Origin: an uncultured Bacteroidota bacterium
GTDB taxonomy: Bacteria > Bacteroidota > Bacteroidia > B-17B0 > Aurantibacillaceae
Length of the DNA stretch: 64,000 nt
Assembly: GCA_903834765.1 (NCBI GenBank)
Contig: CAILKE010000016.1
Coordinates: 2,686 to 66,685, forward strand
Direction: 5' to 3'
Shown here: positions 19,756-28,549 of the stretch, in pieces
Position numbering within the stretch: position 1 is the first letter of the stretch
Layout: each line of letters starts with the position of its first letter
Translations under genes and position numbers: made by a program
The notes under the pieces: generated by a model
Seen by the model: the letters and a program-made list of their open reading frames with translations, nothing else
What the model was told of the DNA's origin: nothing
Databases searched by the model: none

Positions 19756-21131
19756 TGGCTGAAAAATTCAGACATAACCATAAAAACCAAAAGCAAAGCC
19801 AAAAAGTTTTGCCCAATAGATCTTATAATAAGGTACAATCGTCACTATACGATGACTTTGAAAAAGCATACGGCATGGATTACATGTTACAAAACGTGCT
19901 GCAAATAGCATGGCCTGTGCATAAAGTAAAATTGGATGTGATAGTAACCGCAGAGCCCGAAAATGTTTTAAAAGAAATTCATTTTACCTTGTTGCAATTG
20001 ATTAAACTAAACATCAATACCTACGAAAGCATTGCTGCCTTTTTAGGATTGGAGCCAACCGACTTTTTATTAGATGAATTGTTGGAACTTCGAAAAAATT
20101 ATTTAATTGAATATCATAACGAGGCTTTTTATATAAAGCCTATGGGTGAAGATTATTTAATGGGTAAAATAAATATACCGGTTACCGAGAAAAAAGTGTA
20201 TGCCATTTGTATTGATGGTTTTACTAATGAAGTTATAAGAGATTACGAAATCACAAGAGCAGATGAAACCTTTCAACAAATTGAAGGACAATCTATAAAA
20301 ATTGATTATACTTTTATTGAAACGCATTGGTTAAACATTAGTGCCAAATATAAAGCCAATAACAAAGGCTTTGAAATTGTTGACTTAGCTAATGGCAGGC
20401 AGAGTGTGGATTCGCACCAGTTATTTGAAAAACGATACTTGATGATTTTTAAAGGTAAGGAAGGAGCAGAAGAAGGAAAGATAAAATTAAAGCTAGTAAA
20501 TGAAAGCCGTCAAGAATTCAGCAATGCATGCCAAGTAATAGAAACGTTTATTTTTAATTCTCCTGAAAACTACCTGCAAAAGTTTGAAGGATTTGAGTAT
20601 AAAGCGTCAAGTAAAAATAATGATCCCTTAAAAGATAAATTAAATGCTATTGACGGCTATTTGCACATTAATTTCCAAGAGGTAGATGATTATTTACGTT
20701 ACGCTTTAACGCATGGTAAAACCGTGTATTTAGAAGTACCACGTATCTTAAAAAAAGCGAAATCTTTTATTGATGACATTGAACAATTTTTAAAGAAACC
20801 CGAATCAAAATTATACCTCATTTACGGCGTAAGCCATGATTATAAACATGATGAGGGTATTCTATCTAAACTAAATGAATTAAAAAGAAGTTACCGTAAC
20901 TTTGTATTAATTGATTTACCTGACCATGCTTATAATATTGGATTGGAAGTGAGTGGTGTGCACAATAGAACCATTATTAAAGACAGTGACTTTTATATTG
21001 AAACTTCATACAATTTCTTTACATTAGATGTAGAAAGAAAAGAAAAGATTTCGGCGGAAACCGCAACCATATTTAAAAGAGAAGTAGAGGAATATTTAAA
21101 TAAACAAAAAAAATTGTACGGAATAAGGTGA
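19755..21131 (+). CDS. mkoB: Single-HKD PLD-family nuclease-like protein (MkoB-like)
   Basis: C-terminal 'HNRTIIKDSDFYIETSYN' (20961..) matches Hx(K)x4Dx6(G)SxN with Arg in place of Lys. TAATG overlap with the upstream gene and 4-nt overlap with hsdR. Confidence 0.6.
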   Translation: MAEKFRHNHKNQKQSQKVLPNRSYNKVQSSLYDDFEKAYGMDYMLQNVLQIAWPVHKVKLDVIVTAEPENVLKEIHFTLLQLIKLNINTYESIAAFLGLEPTDFLLDELLELRKNYLIEYHNEAFYIKPMGEDYLMGKINIPVTEKKVYAICIDGFTNEVIRDYEITRADETFQQIEGQSIKIDYTFIETHWLNISAKYKANNKGFEIVDLANGRQSVDSHQLFEKRYLMIFKGKEGAEEGKIKLKLVNESRQEFSNACQVIETFIFNSPENYLQKFEGFEYKASSKNNDPLKDKLNAIDGYLHINFQEVDDYLRYALTHGKTVYLEVPRILKKAKSFIDDIEQFLKKPESKLYLIYGVSHDYKHDEGILSKLNELKRSYRNFVLIDLPDHAYNIGLEVSGVHNRTIIKDSDFYIETSYNFFTLDVERKEKISAETATIFKREVEEYLNKQKKLYGIR

Positions 21132-24130
21132 GCGAATTAAAAGAGTTTCATATAGAACAAGCTGCTATTGAATGGTTACAGCAGATGGGTTATGTTTATC
21201 AGCATGGCGCGGCTATTACACGTGATGCTCGTACTGTAGTATTGGAAGATGAGTTGATGCAATTTATTGCTAAAACTTATCCTAAGCTTCCTGCTGATAT
21301 GGTGAAAGAAGCAGCTAAAGAATTTATTAATAATGCAGGTGCTGATATGGACTACCGTAACCGTGATTTTCATTTAAAACTCACTAAGGGAATTGATATT
21401 AGTTGGAAAGATTCAAGTGGCAAAGAATCTGCTTTGCATGTATATCCAATTGATTTCGAAAATCCACAAAACAATACTTTTACTTGCGTTAATCAATTAG
21501 AGATTGTTGGGCGTAACCGTCGCATCCCTGATTTACTTATTTACATCAATGGGTTACCCTTAATTATCTTTGAATTCAAAAATTGGTTTGATTATAACAC
21601 GACTGAAAACGAAGCTTACAATCAAATACAACATTACAAACAAGACATACCTTTATTATTTGAGTACAACGCCTTAACTATTATTAGTGATGGCAAAACC
21701 GCTCAACATGGTATGTTCCCAGCTAGTATGGAATGGTACTCGCCATGGAAATCCATAAATGGTAAAGACATTGTTGATGCCAATGATTTTCAATTAAACA
21801 CCTTATTGCATGGCTTGTTTGTAAAAGAACGGTTAATCAACTACTTAAAATATTTTATTTTCTTTGAAGATCATAATGGTACTTTAATAAAAAAAGGCGC
21901 TAAGTATCATCAATACTTTGGAGTAAACTTTGCGGTTGAAAAAACCAAGCAAGCTATTAAACCAATTGGTGATGGACGTATTGGTGTGATATGGCACACA
22001 CAAGGTTCGGGCAAAAGTATTTCGATGGCAATATACACAGGTATGTTACGTCAGTTACCTGAATTAAAAAATCCAACCGTAATTATTCAAGTAGATAGAA
22101 ATGATTTGGATTGGCAGCTTTACGAAAACTTTGTATTATGTAAAGACATTGTTGGCTCTGTGCAACATGCAACCAGTACTGATGAATTAAGACGTTTATT
22201 AGATACCGACGCAGGTGGTGTTATTTTTACCACCATTGAAAAGTTTCGTTTAAAAAAGGATGATGGCGAAATCCAACATCCAGTTTTATCAAAACGTGAT
22301 AACATCATTGTAATCGCCGATGAAGCGCACCGTACACAATATGGTTTATTGGATGGCTATGCAGCTAATTTAAGAACCGCTTTACCTAACGCTTCTTTTA
22401 TTGGATTTACTGGTACACCAGTAGATAGTAAACAAGCCGATACAGAAGAGTTATTTGGAGAGGTAATACATACCTATGATATTAAACAAGCGGTTGAAGA
22501 TGGAGCAACAGTTCCAATATACTATGAGCCACGTTTAGCAAAATTGCATTTAGCAAACGAAAACATTGATGAAGAAGTTGATGAATTGCAAGAAGCCCAA
22601 GGCGACCAACAATCTTTAAAATGGGCTGCTATTGAAGATGCAGCAGGTTCATTGGATAGAGTTTCAAAAATAGCAGAAGACATTATATCGCATTTTAACA
22701 AACGTACAGGCACCTTAGAAGGTAAAGCCATGGTGGTTTGTATGAGCCGTAAAAATTGCGTGAAGATGTATGATGCTTTAAAACAAATTGAAGGTTGCCC
22801 CGAAATAGCAGTTATTATTACTGCAAACATTTCTAAAGACCCACCAGAGTGGAAAGACCACATTAGAACCAAAGACCAATTTGAGGCGATTAAAAAACGT
22901 TTCAAAAATCCTGACGACCCTTTAAAAATTGTAATTGTACGTGATATGTGGTTAACAGGCTTTGATGCGCCTATTATCAATACCATGTATGTAGATAAGG
23001 TTATGACAGGGCACAATCTAATGCAAGCTATTGCCAGGGCTAATCGTGTGTTCGCAGATAAACAATCAGGTGTTATTGTAGATTATATTGGTATCGGTGA
23101 TCAATTGAAAGCAGCCACTATGAAATACACTCAAGGTGGTGGACGTGGTGATACAAAGATTGACATCGAGCAAGCTTTAGAAATGTTCTACAATCAAGTA
23201 GAAAAATGTAAAGCTCATATACCAGATAATATTAATTATCAAAAATGGAAAGTCTTGACTACTGGTGATAAAATGATGTTGATTAATGAAGGAATGAGTG
23301 TCATTTTAAAGTCAGATCAGTTAGCCGAAGAATTCATGCAAGATGAAAAAAAGTTAACTGGTTTAGTAAGCATTGTTAAAAGTAGAGAGGAGTTGGCAGA
23401 GTTTGCTTTAGATGTAATTTACATTCAGCATGTGTCAGCAGCGGTGCGTAAAGCAAAATCAATAGTAGTCGGTAAAAAAGACAATCAAAAGAAAGTACGT
23501 GATTTAATTTCACAAAGTATAGAATCGGAGGACATCATTGATGTATTTGCCATGGCTGGTATTGCTCGTCCTGATGTATCTATATTAAATGAAGAATTTT
23601 TATTAGGCGCTAAAAAAGATAAATCGGGATTAGCTTTAAAAATTGAGTTAATGCGTAACATTTTAAAGGGTGAAATAGCTTTACGTTTAAGAAAAAACAT
23701 AAAAAAATATACTTCCTTAAAAGAAGAAATAGAAAAAGTAATTGACCTCTATCATAAAAACGCTATTGATTCTTATACTACTATCCTTGAATTAGTAGAA
23801 CGTGCTAAGGACATGCAGGAAGAAGAAAAACGCCAAAAGGAATTAGGAATCACCGATGAAGAGTTGGCTTTTTACGACATCATCAATGCTAAAAAAGAAA
23901 TCATACAAGAAGCTGGACCAATACAAAACATAGTTCATGCAGTTTGCAAAGCAGTAAAAGATAATTTAGAAATTGACTGGACGAAGAAAGAAGATGCAAA
24001 AGCAAATATTCGTTTAGCTGTTAAACGAGAACTTAGAGGAAAAGTAAGTTTAGAAGAACTCAACATCATACTACAAGAAATTATGGAACAAACAGAAGGT
24101 CAATTTAAAGATTGGCCTATTGTTGGATAA
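21128..24130 (+). CDS. hsdR: Type I restriction enzyme R subunit
   Basis: N-terminal nuclease region ('PDLLIYINGLPLIIFEFK'). Helicase motifs 'TQGSGKS' and 'DEAHRTQ'. Length and domain order are typical of HsdR. Confidence 0.95.
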   Translation: MSELKEFHIEQAAIEWLQQMGYVYQHGAAITRDARTVVLEDELMQFIAKTYPKLPADMVKEAAKEFINNAGADMDYRNRDFHLKLTKGIDISWKDSSGKESALHVYPIDFENPQNNTFTCVNQLEIVGRNRRIPDLLIYINGLPLIIFEFKNWFDYNTTENEAYNQIQHYKQDIPLLFEYNALTIISDGKTAQHGMFPASMEWYSPWKSINGKDIVDANDFQLNTLLHGLFVKERLINYLKYFIFFEDHNGTLIKKGAKYHQYFGVNFAVEKTKQAIKPIGDGRIGVIWHTQGSGKSISMAIYTGMLRQLPELKNPTVIIQVDRNDLDWQLYENFVLCKDIVGSVQHATSTDELRRLLDTDAGGVIFTTIEKFRLKKDDGEIQHPVLSKRDNIIVIADEAHRTQYGLLDGYAANLRTALPNASFIGFTGTPVDSKQADTEELFGEVIHTYDIKQAVEDGATVPIYYEPRLAKLHLANENIDEEVDELQEAQGDQQSLKWAAIEDAAGSLDRVSKIAEDIISHFNKRTGTLEGKAMVVCMSRKNCVKMYDALKQIEGCPEIAVIITANISKDPPEWKDHIRTKDQFEAIKKRFKNPDDPLKIVIVRDMWLTGFDAPIINTMYVDKVMTGHNLMQAIARANRVFADKQSGVIVDYIGIGDQLKAATMKYTQGGGRGDTKIDIEQALEMFYNQVEKCKAHIPDNINYQKWKVLTTGDKMMLINEGMSVILKSDQLAEEFMQDEKKLTGLVSIVKSREELAEFALDVIYIQHVSAAVRKAKSIVVGKKDNQKKVRDLISQSIESEDIIDVFAMAGIARPDVSILNEEFLLGAKKDKSGLALKIELMRNILKGEIALRLRKNIKKYTSLKEEIEKVIDLYHKNAIDSYTTILELVERAKDMQEEEKRQKELGITDEELAFYDIINAKKEIIQEAGPIQNIVHAVCKAVKDNLEIDWTKKEDAKANIRLAVKRELRGKVSLEELNIILQEIMEQTEGQFKDWPIVG

Positions 24131-24142
24131 AAAATATAAATT

Positions 24143-24742
24143 ATGGCAGATTGTATTAAATGTGGCGCTTACACAAAATTTAATGGTGGCTTATGTTTAA
24201 GTTGCTACAAAAAAGATACTAAAGAAGATGTTTTAGTTGAAGAGCCAAGTGGTTTAAAAGACAAAGAATGGACTTATCATTATAATATGATTAAAGGTCG
24301 TATTGCTGAAACTTTAATCCAAGAATTGTTTTTAAGTCTTAAATTTAACGTATTCCGCTATGGTATGGAAAATACTATTCCTGGTATTATGGAGTTATTA
24401 AAAGGAGTAAGAACAGATGTAGCAAAGGATATTAAAAACATGCCTGATTTTGTTGTTCAAGACCCACGAAGTAATTCAGTATATTTTGTTGAAGTAAAAT
24501 TTAGAGCAGCGGAAACATTTAAAATTTCTGATTTACCAAAAGAGTATCCTTATACAAATGCTTATATTATTGTTGTTTCCAAAAAACACATCAAATGCAT
24601 TACTGTTGAGGAATTAAAAAACGGTAAAGAAATTACACCAACTTGTAAAAACTATCTTGGTAGTCGAAAAGAATTTGATTTAGATAAGGAAGTAATTATC
24701 GATTTCTGTGATTTTGCAGTAAAGTTTTTTGAGAACGTGTAA
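24143..24742 (+). CDS. Zinc-ribbon + PD-(D/E)xK nuclease-fold protein
   Basis: 'CIKCG...CLSCY' zinc ribbon. 'PDFVVQD' ... 'VYFVEVKFR' fits the D...ExK restriction-endonuclease fold. Starts 12 nt after the hsdR stop. Confidence 0.5.
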   Translation: MADCIKCGAYTKFNGGLCLSCYKKDTKEDVLVEEPSGLKDKEWTYHYNMIKGRIAETLIQELFLSLKFNVFRYGMENTIPGIMELLKGVRTDVAKDIKNMPDFVVQDPRSNSVYFVEVKFRAAETFKISDLPKEYPYTNAYIIVVSKKHIKCITVEELKNGKEITPTCKNYLGSRKEFDLDKEVIIDFCDFAVKFFENV

Positions 24743-24843
24743 GTAAATATAAAAACACATACACGAATTGAAAATTTAAGAATCTTAATTACTAAGTGTA
24801 TATGTTAATGAAAAAATCAATATAAATTAGAATAAATTTCAAC

Positions 24844-25416
24844 ATGGATGCTTCAACATATAAGGAATCAATTGATCTATATAAAAACAAATTATTAAAC
24901 CATCTTAATTCAGTAAGTTTAATAAGTCCACCTAATTTTAATTCATTTCCAATTGATTGTAGGCAGATTGACAGTTTTAAAGAAAAAAAATATAAAGCAT
25001 TAGTTGAAAAAGGTGTTTTAGATGGAGATACACCATACATTTATTACTTTAAGTTGGCTTCAAAATGTGATAAGAAAGCGCTAATAAATGAAATACAGAT
25101 ATTTAAAAGTAGTGAAGATAATAGTAAGGCTTTAAAATTACCTTTGGTTCATGGTCACTTTGATAGCGATATACTTTATGTTGGTAAATCTCAAGGTGAT
25201 TTTTTAACCAGGACTAAAGTTCATTTTGGATTTACTGGCGACAAAACTTATGGCTTACATTTAAAGAAGTGGTTTGACATTATAGGAATAAGTCCAGATC
25301 TTACACTTCAATTTTATTATGCTCCAATAGAGGTAAAAGATGAAAATTTAGTTGAATTAATTGAAAGTTCCTTACACCTTAAATTAAAACCTATATTAGG
25401 ACGTTCAGGCCACTAA
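24844..25416 (+). CDS. GIY-YIG-like nuclease-domain protein (divergent)
   Basis: 'YIYYF' ... 'ILYVGKSQGDFLTRTKVH' ... 'ELIESSLH' resemble GIY / YIG-R-H / E elements. The GIY-to-YIG spacing (~45 aa) is longer than canonical. Confidence 0.45.
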   Translation: MDASTYKESIDLYKNKLLNHLNSVSLISPPNFNSFPIDCRQIDSFKEKKYKALVEKGVLDGDTPYIYYFKLASKCDKKALINEIQIFKSSEDNSKALKLPLVHGHFDSDILYVGKSQGDFLTRTKVHFGFTGDKTYGLHLKKWFDIIGISPDLTLQFYYAPIEVKDENLVELIESSLHLKLKPILGRSGH

Positions 25417-25419
25417 AAA

Positions 25420-26556
25420 ATGTATTTTCTTACACAACAAGACCCAAACTATACCATTAAAGGCTCCCGTGACCCATTAGGGTTTCAGGTGTTGTGGCAA
25501 GCTGCTGGCCGTAAACTAATACCTCATTTATCTACAGTATCAGGAAGTATTATTGATTTTCAAATAATATCATTAGCCTTTTACATAAAAAAAGAATTTA
25601 ATATTAGTGATGAAGAATTTAATTCGTTCTTCATTAAATTAGAACAACTAATGGCTTATTCAAGATTTAAGTTAAATGAAGAGACAGGTTTTAATGGTAT
25701 CGATAAAGTAAGAAAAACATTACAATCAGGAAGTTCTACCGTTAAAATCTCAAATGCAGAACAAATACTGTCTAACCAACGTGCTTATGGTATTTGGGGT
25801 AAATACAATAGACCATTTACTGATATGCAGTTAAAGGAGAATGAAGAATTTGATAAAATTTATAAATCAAAAATTGAAAACAACTCAGAATTCTTAAACC
25901 AAATAAAAGTATTAATTAAAAAAGGAGATACTGATACTGCCTCCGTTAGTATAGAAAAACTTTCTCATTTTACAAGCTTAATTAATAAACCTACTGATAA
26001 AGAAAAAGAACTATTTATCAATAAAATTCTACAAGATAATTGTGATGACGAGTTGCTTAAAATATTTTCTAGCAATCCAGAATTAATTAAATTGGGTGGT
26101 TACGAATTGTTTGAAAAAATTAGTTCAAATTCTAATAATCAAAAATTAAAGGCGGAAATTAAGCATATTGTAAATACAGAGAAAGTATTAAGCCCTTTAA
26201 ATAGAATATTCAGGCTTTTACAAACACAGTCATTTTGGTCAAAAGAGCAAATTGATAATAATGAAAACATTTCAAAATGGAGAACTAATGTTGATTCATC
26301 AGTTTTGGATTCAACAACGAAAGAACTTTCAATATTATTGCAAAAATCAAATTGGGAATTAGTATCAGGACTTGTTAAGCGTAACGAAGAAGTATCAAAT
26401 TTAAGGAATTCAGCGGCTTGGGTTCGCTTTGCAGCAAACGGCATAGAAGTTAATCATTTTGAAGGTGCTGGTGAGTGGGAATACAACCCCGAATCTGAAA
26501 TGGATAATAATTACTTTTTATATACCTATGTTTCTTTATTTGAACAGTTAAATTAA
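25420..26556 (+). CDS. Hypothetical protein, first tightly coupled partner of the PLD/SNF2 pair
   Basis: 378-aa ORF starting 3 nt after the previous stop. N-terminal 'GSRDPLGFQVLWQAAGRKLIPHLS' looks conserved, but I cannot assign a family. Confidence 0.6.
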   Translation: MYFLTQQDPNYTIKGSRDPLGFQVLWQAAGRKLIPHLSTVSGSIIDFQIISLAFYIKKEFNISDEEFNSFFIKLEQLMAYSRFKLNEETGFNGIDKVRKTLQSGSSTVKISNAEQILSNQRAYGIWGKYNRPFTDMQLKENEEFDKIYKSKIENNSEFLNQIKVLIKKGDTDTASVSIEKLSHFTSLINKPTDKEKELFINKILQDNCDDELLKIFSSNPELIKLGGYELFEKISSNSNNQKLKAEIKHIVNTEKVLSPLNRIFRLLQTQSFWSKEQIDNNENISKWRTNVDSSVLDSTTKELSILLQKSNWELVSGLVKRNEEVSNLRNSAAWVRFAANGIEVNHFEGAGEWEYNPESEMDNNYFLYTYVSLFEQLN

Positions 26557-26557
26557 A

Positions 26558-28549
26558 GTGGAGAAATTTATATTAAAAGAGAAGCTTAAAGAGCAAATTG
26601 ACAATAGGAAAGTTATTGCATCATTGTTCTATACTTTTAATTTTGATCCTAAGTTTTTTGAAAATTACATCATGCCTTTACTTATCCCAAAAGAAAAAAG
26701 TGAAAAATTTAGAGATGAAGTAATACATAATAAAATATTATGGAGGCAATATATTAAAGACGACATAATACCCCCTACAGCTGTATTCTGCGATTATTTC
26801 GCAAAAGATAATACAGAGGCACCATCATTAGGATATGACATACATTGTATTAGAACGCCTGCTGCACAGGGTAAAATATGTAATTTTCATCCAAAACATA
26901 TTTTTTTATTAGTTGAAGATGCTTCTAATACGTCATTAATTGTAGTTACAGGTTCTGGTAATATCACACCAAGTGGTTGGTGTGATAATATAGAATGCTT
27001 TTCAATAGAAGAATATAAGAAAAATAAAACTTTCCCAAATAAGACAACAACAAACATATTTCAAGACATAATAATTCAAACAGGGAAGCTAGCCAACTTA
27101 AAATTTTATTTGCCTGCTGAGGAGTTAATTAATGACTTTTTAAAATATGTTGATTATGAATTTCAATATTTTAATAGCACTGTTACTTCTTTTGAAGACT
27201 TTATAACTGAAAATATTTTATTAAAAGATACTATAACTGAAATTGAAATTGTATCTCCATATTTTAGTAATGATACTAAGTTAGTTTCACATTTAATGAG
27301 TAAGGGGATTAAAACAATCAAATGTTTAGTCCCAACATTAAAGGATAATGAAATACAAATTAATAAAGAAACCTTTGATACTTTAAGTGTTTCTGGTTTA
27401 AAATGGTCATTTTGGTCTGATTCGAAAATTAATAAAGAAGTAAGAAACTTGCATGCTAAAATATACAGGTTGCATGGTGAAAAGTATATTTATACAATTA
27501 TAGGTTCAGTGAACTTCACCAATCCTGCATGGAAAAAATTTGAGCAAAAAAATAACGAGGCCAATATTGAATCAGCCTATCTTTATAAAGAAAAAATGGC
27601 TATTAAATTATTAAAAGAGGCTAAAAATATTGATTTTAGCACCTATAATTTTATACCTAAAGAAAGTTTAGAAAACCAAATTGAAAATTTATTTAATCGA
27701 AATCCTCCTGATATAAGCTTTGAGATTGATTGGAAAAATAAATTAATTAAATACGAAGGCAAGAAAATAAATTCTGAATGTTTTTTCACTTCTTTGCTTG
27801 ATAAAAAAGTAATCACAACAGGTAAGCATGAGTATACTTTAAATAGCCAAGATTTAAAATCTCTTTCTAAGAATAGTTTAATTGAAGTTACTTTAATTAA
27901 TAACGGTAATACCGAATTTTATAGTTTTTATCCAACACAACTAAATTTTGAGTTCAAGCCACTAGATTTTAAAATTGATGCTTCAACAATTTTAAAATAT
28001 TGGCAATTTTTAGAAGATGAATTCCAAAAGGAAGGATTATTAAGTTTACTTATTGAGAGAATAACTGATGAATCAGGTATTGTGCATGAAGATAGAATTG
28101 AAAAAGTTTCTATTCTTAATGAAATGGCAACACATTTTAGCGCACTAATTAAACTAGAAGAATTTTTATTTTATAAAAAACTAACTTCTAAAACAGCTCA
28201 AAAGGAACATTTCAACTTTTTAAAGTATTACCTTTTATCTGAAAACATTGATACTATATCTTTCTACCTTGCAGATCTAGAAACCCAATTTCAAAACAAT
28301 AAAATTTACAAAACATTTTATTGGATGATTTTACAAATAATAATTAACAACTTTTATTTAAAGGCTGAAAAATGGGATTTCAAAAAGGAAATTGATAATA
28401 AAGAATGGAATGTTTTTAAAATCGACTTAAAACAAAAGCAAGAAACATTATCAATTTTAGCAAAAAATATTTCTAAAGAGCTTTCTGATGAAAATATAAA
28501 TCAGAAACTAGAGTGGGTAATAGAAAAATTAAAGGAAAATCATGAGTAA
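26558..28549 (+). CDS. PLD-superfamily protein with two HKD-like motifs plus ~330-aa unknown C-terminal region
   Basis: Motif 1 'FHPKHIFLL...VVTGSGNIT' (H111/K113, nt 26888..). Motif 2 'LHAKIYRLHGEKYIYTIIGSVNFT' (H299/K301, nt 27452..). GTG start 1 nt after the upstream stop. Confidence 0.75.
   Translation: MEKFILKEKLKEQIDNRKVIASLFYTFNFDPKFFENYIMPLLIPKEKSEKFRDEVIHNKILWRQYIKDDIIPPTAVFCDYFAKDNTEAPSLGYDIHCIRTPAAQGKICNFHPKHIFLLVEDASNTSLIVVTGSGNITPSGWCDNIECFSIEEYKKNKTFPNKTTTNIFQDIIIQTGKLANLKFYLPAEELINDFLKYVDYEFQYFNSTVTSFEDFITENILLKDTITEIEIVSPYFSNDTKLVSHLMSKGIKTIKCLVPTLKDNEIQINKETFDTLSVSGLKWSFWSDSKINKEVRNLHAKIYRLHGEKYIYTIIGSVNFTNPAWKKFEQKNNEANIESAYLYKEKMAIKLLKEAKNIDFSTYNFIPKESLENQIENLFNRNPPDISFEIDWKNKLIKYEGKKINSECFFTSLLDKKVITTGKHEYTLNSQDLKSLSKNSLIEVTLINNGNTEFYSFYPTQLNFEFKPLDFKIDASTILKYWQFLEDEFQKEGLLSLLIERITDESGIVHEDRIEKVSILNEMATHFSALIKLEEFLFYKKLTSKTAQKEHFNFLKYYLLSENIDTISFYLADLETQFQNNKIYKTFYWMILQIIINNFYLKAEKWDFKKEIDNKEWNVFKIDLKQKQETLSILAKNISKELSDENINQKLEWVIEKLKENHE

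Noticed and set aside
12016-23700. Short to medium antisense ORFs within the R-M/Mokosh operon (12016..12279, 12880..13134, 13463..13873, 13988..14173, 14513..14719, 14764..14997, 16540..16830, 16913..17113, 17560..17838, 21176..21373, 22120..22308, 22522..23016, 23485..23700)
   Set aside because: All are nested in, or are out-of-frame overlaps of, long genes with clear catalytic motifs, and none has a motif of its own.
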